Part shown: one piece after another, positions 41,754 to 44,545 of the stretch | Position numbering within the stretch: the stretch's first letter is position 1 | How the letters are laid out: every line of letters begins with the position of its first letter | Position numbers and translations under genes: made by a program | The notes under the pieces: generated by a model | Told to the model about the DNA's origin: nothing | What the model saw: only the letters and a program-made list of their open reading frames with translations | Database searches by the model: none | Source: Nitrososphaerota archaeon | GTDB lineage: Archaea; Thermoproteota; Nitrososphaeria; Nitrososphaerales; Nitrosopumilaceae | DNA: 44,545 nucleotides | Reading direction: 5' to 3' | Assembly: GCA_002317795.1 (NCBI GenBank) | Contig: NVWC01000004.1 | Location: 54,454-98,998 of the forward strand

Positions 41754-42623
41754 ATGATTAAAACTGCAATCATACCAGTTGCAGGTCATGGAACTAGATT
41801 ACTTACATTAACTAAAGACAATCCTAAAGAAATGGTTCCTATTTTTTCAAAGTCATTCAATGAAATTACATTAAAACCACTTATTGAACATATTTTTTTA
41901 CAATTATTTGATGCAGGAATAAGAAATTTCTATTTTATTGTTGGAAAGAAAAAACGCTCCATAGAAGATCACTTTACACCAGAAAGGGATTATCAAAATT
42001 ATCTAAAAAAAGGAGATAGAAATTATTATGATTTATTGGAAGATTTTTATAAAAAAATTGAAAAATCTAATATTATTTGGATAAATCAAAATTCACCACG
42101 GGGATTTGGTGCCGCAATTTTGAATGCAAAAGGAATTGTAGGTACAGAACCATTTCTGGTACATGCTGGTGATGCATATGTAAGGGGAAATTCAAAACAT
42201 CTTCAAAAATTAATGAAAGAATACGATTCAAATAAATCAGATATAATTTTTTATTTGAAAAATGTTAAAAATCCTAAATCATATGGGGTTGCATCTATAT
42301 CTAAAAAAATATCAAAAGTATATCATGTAAATAATGTAGAAGAAAAACCACAGAATCCTAAAAGTCAAAATGCAATAATGCCAATTTATATTTTTGACCA
42401 AAAAATATTTAATGCACTTTCAAAAACTAAACAAGATATAGGAAAAGAATTACAACTAACTGATGCAATTCAAAAAATGATTAAAACAAAGCATAAAGTA
42501 CATGCAATAAAATTTCCTAAAACTGATGATTGTATAGATATAGGAACTCCAGAAAATTATTTTCATGCAATTTCTATTTCGTATAAAGACAGTAAAAAAC
42601 TAAAAAGTAGAGAGAAAAAATAG
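41754..42623 (+). CDS. Sugar-1-phosphate nucleotidyltransferase, UTP-glucose-1-phosphate uridylyltransferase (GalU)-like
   Basis: 289 aa. Motifs 'AIIPVAGHGTRLLTLTKDNPKEMVPI' and 'KRSIEDHF'. Confidence 0.65.
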   Translation: MIKTAIIPVAGHGTRLLTLTKDNPKEMVPIFSKSFNEITLKPLIEHIFLQLFDAGIRNFYFIVGKKKRSIEDHFTPERDYQNYLKKGDRNYYDLLEDFYKKIEKSNIIWINQNSPRGFGAAILNAKGIVGTEPFLVHAGDAYVRGNSKHLQKLMKEYDSNKSDIIFYLKNVKNPKSYGVASISKKISKVYHVNNVEEKPQNPKSQNAIMPIYIFDQKIFNALSKTKQDIGKELQLTDAIQKMIKTKHKVHAIKFPKTDDCIDIGTPENYFHAISISYKDSKKLKSREKK

Positions 42624-42651
42624 ATATTTTAATATTTCAACTACTAAAATA

Positions 42652-43503
42652 TTGAACATGAAATGTATTTCTTGTGATTCAGAAAAATTTTTAGAATATT
42701 CAAAAAAATCATATCTAAATATTCCAGTTTATCAGTGTGATGAATGTAAGTTGATTGTTACAGGTAAAACTAAAAATGAAGTGAATGATGCAATTTCATC
42801 AATTTATTCCAATGAATTTTGGGATGAGCAAAAAGAGATTTATGGGAACATAGATAATGAATTCACAGATATAATCTCAAAATCAAAACAAAGGGATTTT
42901 ATTTCACAGTTTAAATTTTGTAAATCATTTTTTCAAAATAGGAAAAAGATTTTAGAGATAGGTTCAGGAACTGGGCATACAATATTTTGGTTAGACCAAA
43001 AAGGATTTCATGTCACTGGAATTGAACCAGATTTGCAAAATGTTATCTCAATTAATCCCAAATTAAAAAATAGTAAGATTATACATTGTTATATTGATGA
43101 TTTTACCAAAGATGAAAAATATGAAATAATATGGATGTCACATGTGTTTGAACATTTAGCAGAACCAGATATTTTTTTGGAAAATATTAAGAATAAAATA
43201 TCTGAAGATGGTGTTTTCTTTTTAGAAGTTCCAAATTGTGATCATTCACCTACACTAAAAGATTCAATTTTTGGAAGTCCACATGTGTATCATTTTACAA
43301 GTAAAACCATCATAGATCTTTGTAAAAAACATAATTTTGAAATAATTACATGTAAAATATTTAGGCCAGCAAATAAAATTGAAGGAATTTTAAATAAATT
43401 ATTTAGAAATATAATAAAAATATTTCCGTATTATCCAAGAATTGAATGTGGTATAAAACAAGGTAGGGATCTAAGAATTATGTTAAAAATGATAAAAAAC
43501 TAA
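42652..43503 (+). CDS. Class I SAM-dependent methyltransferase with N-terminal Cys4 zinc-ribbon
   Basis: 283 aa. Zinc-ribbon residues 'CISCDS...CDECKL', then 'ILEIGSGTGHT'. ATG 42658 is a likely alternative to TTG 42652. Confidence 0.7.
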   Translation: MNMKCISCDSEKFLEYSKKSYLNIPVYQCDECKLIVTGKTKNEVNDAISSIYSNEFWDEQKEIYGNIDNEFTDIISKSKQRDFISQFKFCKSFFQNRKKILEIGSGTGHTIFWLDQKGFHVTGIEPDLQNVISINPKLKNSKIIHCYIDDFTKDEKYEIIWMSHVFEHLAEPDIFLENIKNKISEDGVFFLEVPNCDHSPTLKDSIFGSPHVYHFTSKTIIDLCKKHNFEIITCKIFRPANKIEGILNKLFRNIIKIFPYYPRIECGIKQGRDLRIMLKMIKN

Positions 43504-43525
43504 TTATTAGAAATATTCAAATAAA

Positions 43526-44545
43526 TTATTTTTTTCCAGTTACACAAAGTCCACTTTCAATTTCTTTGAAATAAGTTATTTTCACTTTTGAATCTTTATA
43601 CCATTTTTTAACTTCTGATGGAGCATGTCTAAATGCAAATTTTGGATAATACCAATCAAAATTCACACCAATGCTTCTTTCTAAATTGTTAGATGGATCC
43701 CAAAAACATTTTAGAAAATGCCAATAAATAAAACGCTGAACATCATATGTTCCTTTTTTTATTCCCAATAAAGGAATATCTTTAGGAATTAAAATTTTTT
43801 TATTAATTTTTAATAAATTTTTGCCCAATAGTGACATATCTTTTGAAAATTCTATACATTCCTTAACTGACATATTTACAGTTGTTTTACGAATAAAATC
43901 ATCTGCAAATTCTCTCATTGGTGTTTTTTTATTGTATACGTAAATTGAAATATGTGAATTTTTTTTCAGGAATTTTGTTAAATAAGTAAAAGATGTTTTT
44001 GTGTTATCAGTATGATGTAAAACTTGATCCGATAAAATGAAATCAAAGAATTTTTTCTTAAATGGGAGATTTCTCAAATCAGCTTGAAGAAAATGTAAGT
44101 TTGATTGTTTACCATATTTTTTATTAGCAAACTCAATGCTATCACTAGCATCTATTGCAAAAACAATAGATTTTGAATTAGAAGACAATAATTTGGCAGT
44201 GTTCCCCACCCCAGTGCCAGCTTCTAAAATGAGTTTTTTTGATTTTAGAAATTTTTTAAAATTTGTCATGGTACCCCAACCAAATCGATCAAAAAACCAT
44301 TTTTGTTGAAATGATGTCCACTCTTTAGCTTGATGATTTTTATGATTTAATTTCCATTTTATAGAAAAAGCATCTTCAGTTTTAATAAAATCTTTTTTGG
44401 TATCAGTAACAAATCTTGGAATACCATTTTTAATATGAAATTTATGATTGTTTTGACACTTTAAAATACCTGTTTGAATTTCTGATTTTAATAATTTAGA
44501 AATCTTTAAAGTTAAATTTTTGTTACATTTTGGACATATTAGATA
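43526..44545 (-). CDS. Class I SAM-dependent methyltransferase with N-terminal Trm112-like zinc-ribbon; 5' end beyond window
   Basis: The track lists only 43526-44269. The frame stays open upstream to the window edge. My translation of 44545-44270 is YLICPKCNKNLTLKISKLLKSEIQTGILKCQNNHKFHIKNGIPRFVTDTKKDF...FDRFGWGT, followed in frame by MTNFKKF... It also carries SAM motif 'ILEAGTGVGN'. Confidence 0.75.
   Translation of the reverse strand, partial: YLICPKCNKNLTLKISKLLKSEIQTGILKCQNNHKFHIKNGIPRFVTDTKKDFIKTEDAFSIKWKLNHKNHQAKEWTSFQQKWFFDRFGWGTMTNFKKFLKSKKLILEAGTGVGNTAKLLSSNSKSIVFAIDASDSIEFANKKYGKQSNLHFLQADLRNLPFKKKFFDFILSDQVLHHTDNTKTSFTYLTKFLKKNSHISIYVYNKKTPMREFADDFIRKTTVNMSVKECIEFSKDMSLLGKNLLKINKKILIPKDIPLLGIKKGTYDVQRFIYWHFLKCFWDPSNNLERSIGVNFDWYYPKFAFRHAPSEVKKWYKDSKVKITYFKEIESGLCVTGKK

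Noticed and set aside
43526-44269. The 247-aa track ORF as the complete gene
   Set aside because: The reading frame stays open for 92 more codons up to the window edge. Those codons encode a coherent Trm112-like zinc-ribbon. The internal Met is not the likely start.
1-44545. Searched for rRNA, tRNA, CRISPR repeats, transposase/integrase genes, terminal inverted or direct repeats, and prophage genes
   Set aside because: The intergenic space is tiny. The largest gaps are 3260-3490 and the pseudogene region. It is AT-rich with no GC-rich structured segments or repeat arrays, and no ORF shows recombinase or transposase motifs. The island cannot be called a mobile element from this window.

Overview
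This AT-rich, very gene-dense window holds about 47 genes with almost no non-coding DNA. Nearly all of it is one large cell-surface glycan biosynthesis island. The left edge holds two housekeeping-type genes: a partial MtnA/aIF-2B-I isomerase and a bifunctional PGI/PMI. The protein types suggest an archaeal host, probably a Nitrosopumilus-like thaumarchaeon. These types include the PGI/PMI, a long-form sugar-1-P nucleotidyltransferase with an LbH tail, and an AglD/AglR/AglS-like triad. The host assignment is inference only.

The island contains:
- Two separate ulosonic-acid modules. One is a sugar-phosphate route with a SAF-less NeuB, a KdsC-type phosphatase, a GmhA-type isomerase and a CMP-transferase. 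The other is a Pse/Leg-like route with PseB, DegT, GNAT, a NeuB with a SAF domain and an SpsF-like cytidylyltransferase.
- Two dTDP/UDP-sugar modules, with duplicated RfbB.
- At least 4 glycosyltransferases and two large orphan GT-B-like proteins.
- A flippase and a GT-C enzyme.
- 6 intact methyltransferases plus 1 frameshifted FkbM copy.
- An acetyltransferase, a deacetylase, a 2H phosphoesterase and an alpha/beta-hydrolase.

The most unusual element is a tightly coupled four-gene carrier-protein cassette at 22719-25487: FkbH loader, ACP, MaoC dehydratase and AcpS phosphopantetheinyl transferase. It predicts an ACP-borne C3 acyl decoration of an amino sugar or nonulosonic acid.

I saw no rRNA, tRNA, CRISPR array, transposase or integrase. 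All functional calls rest on motif and architecture reading of the translations. No database search was possible.
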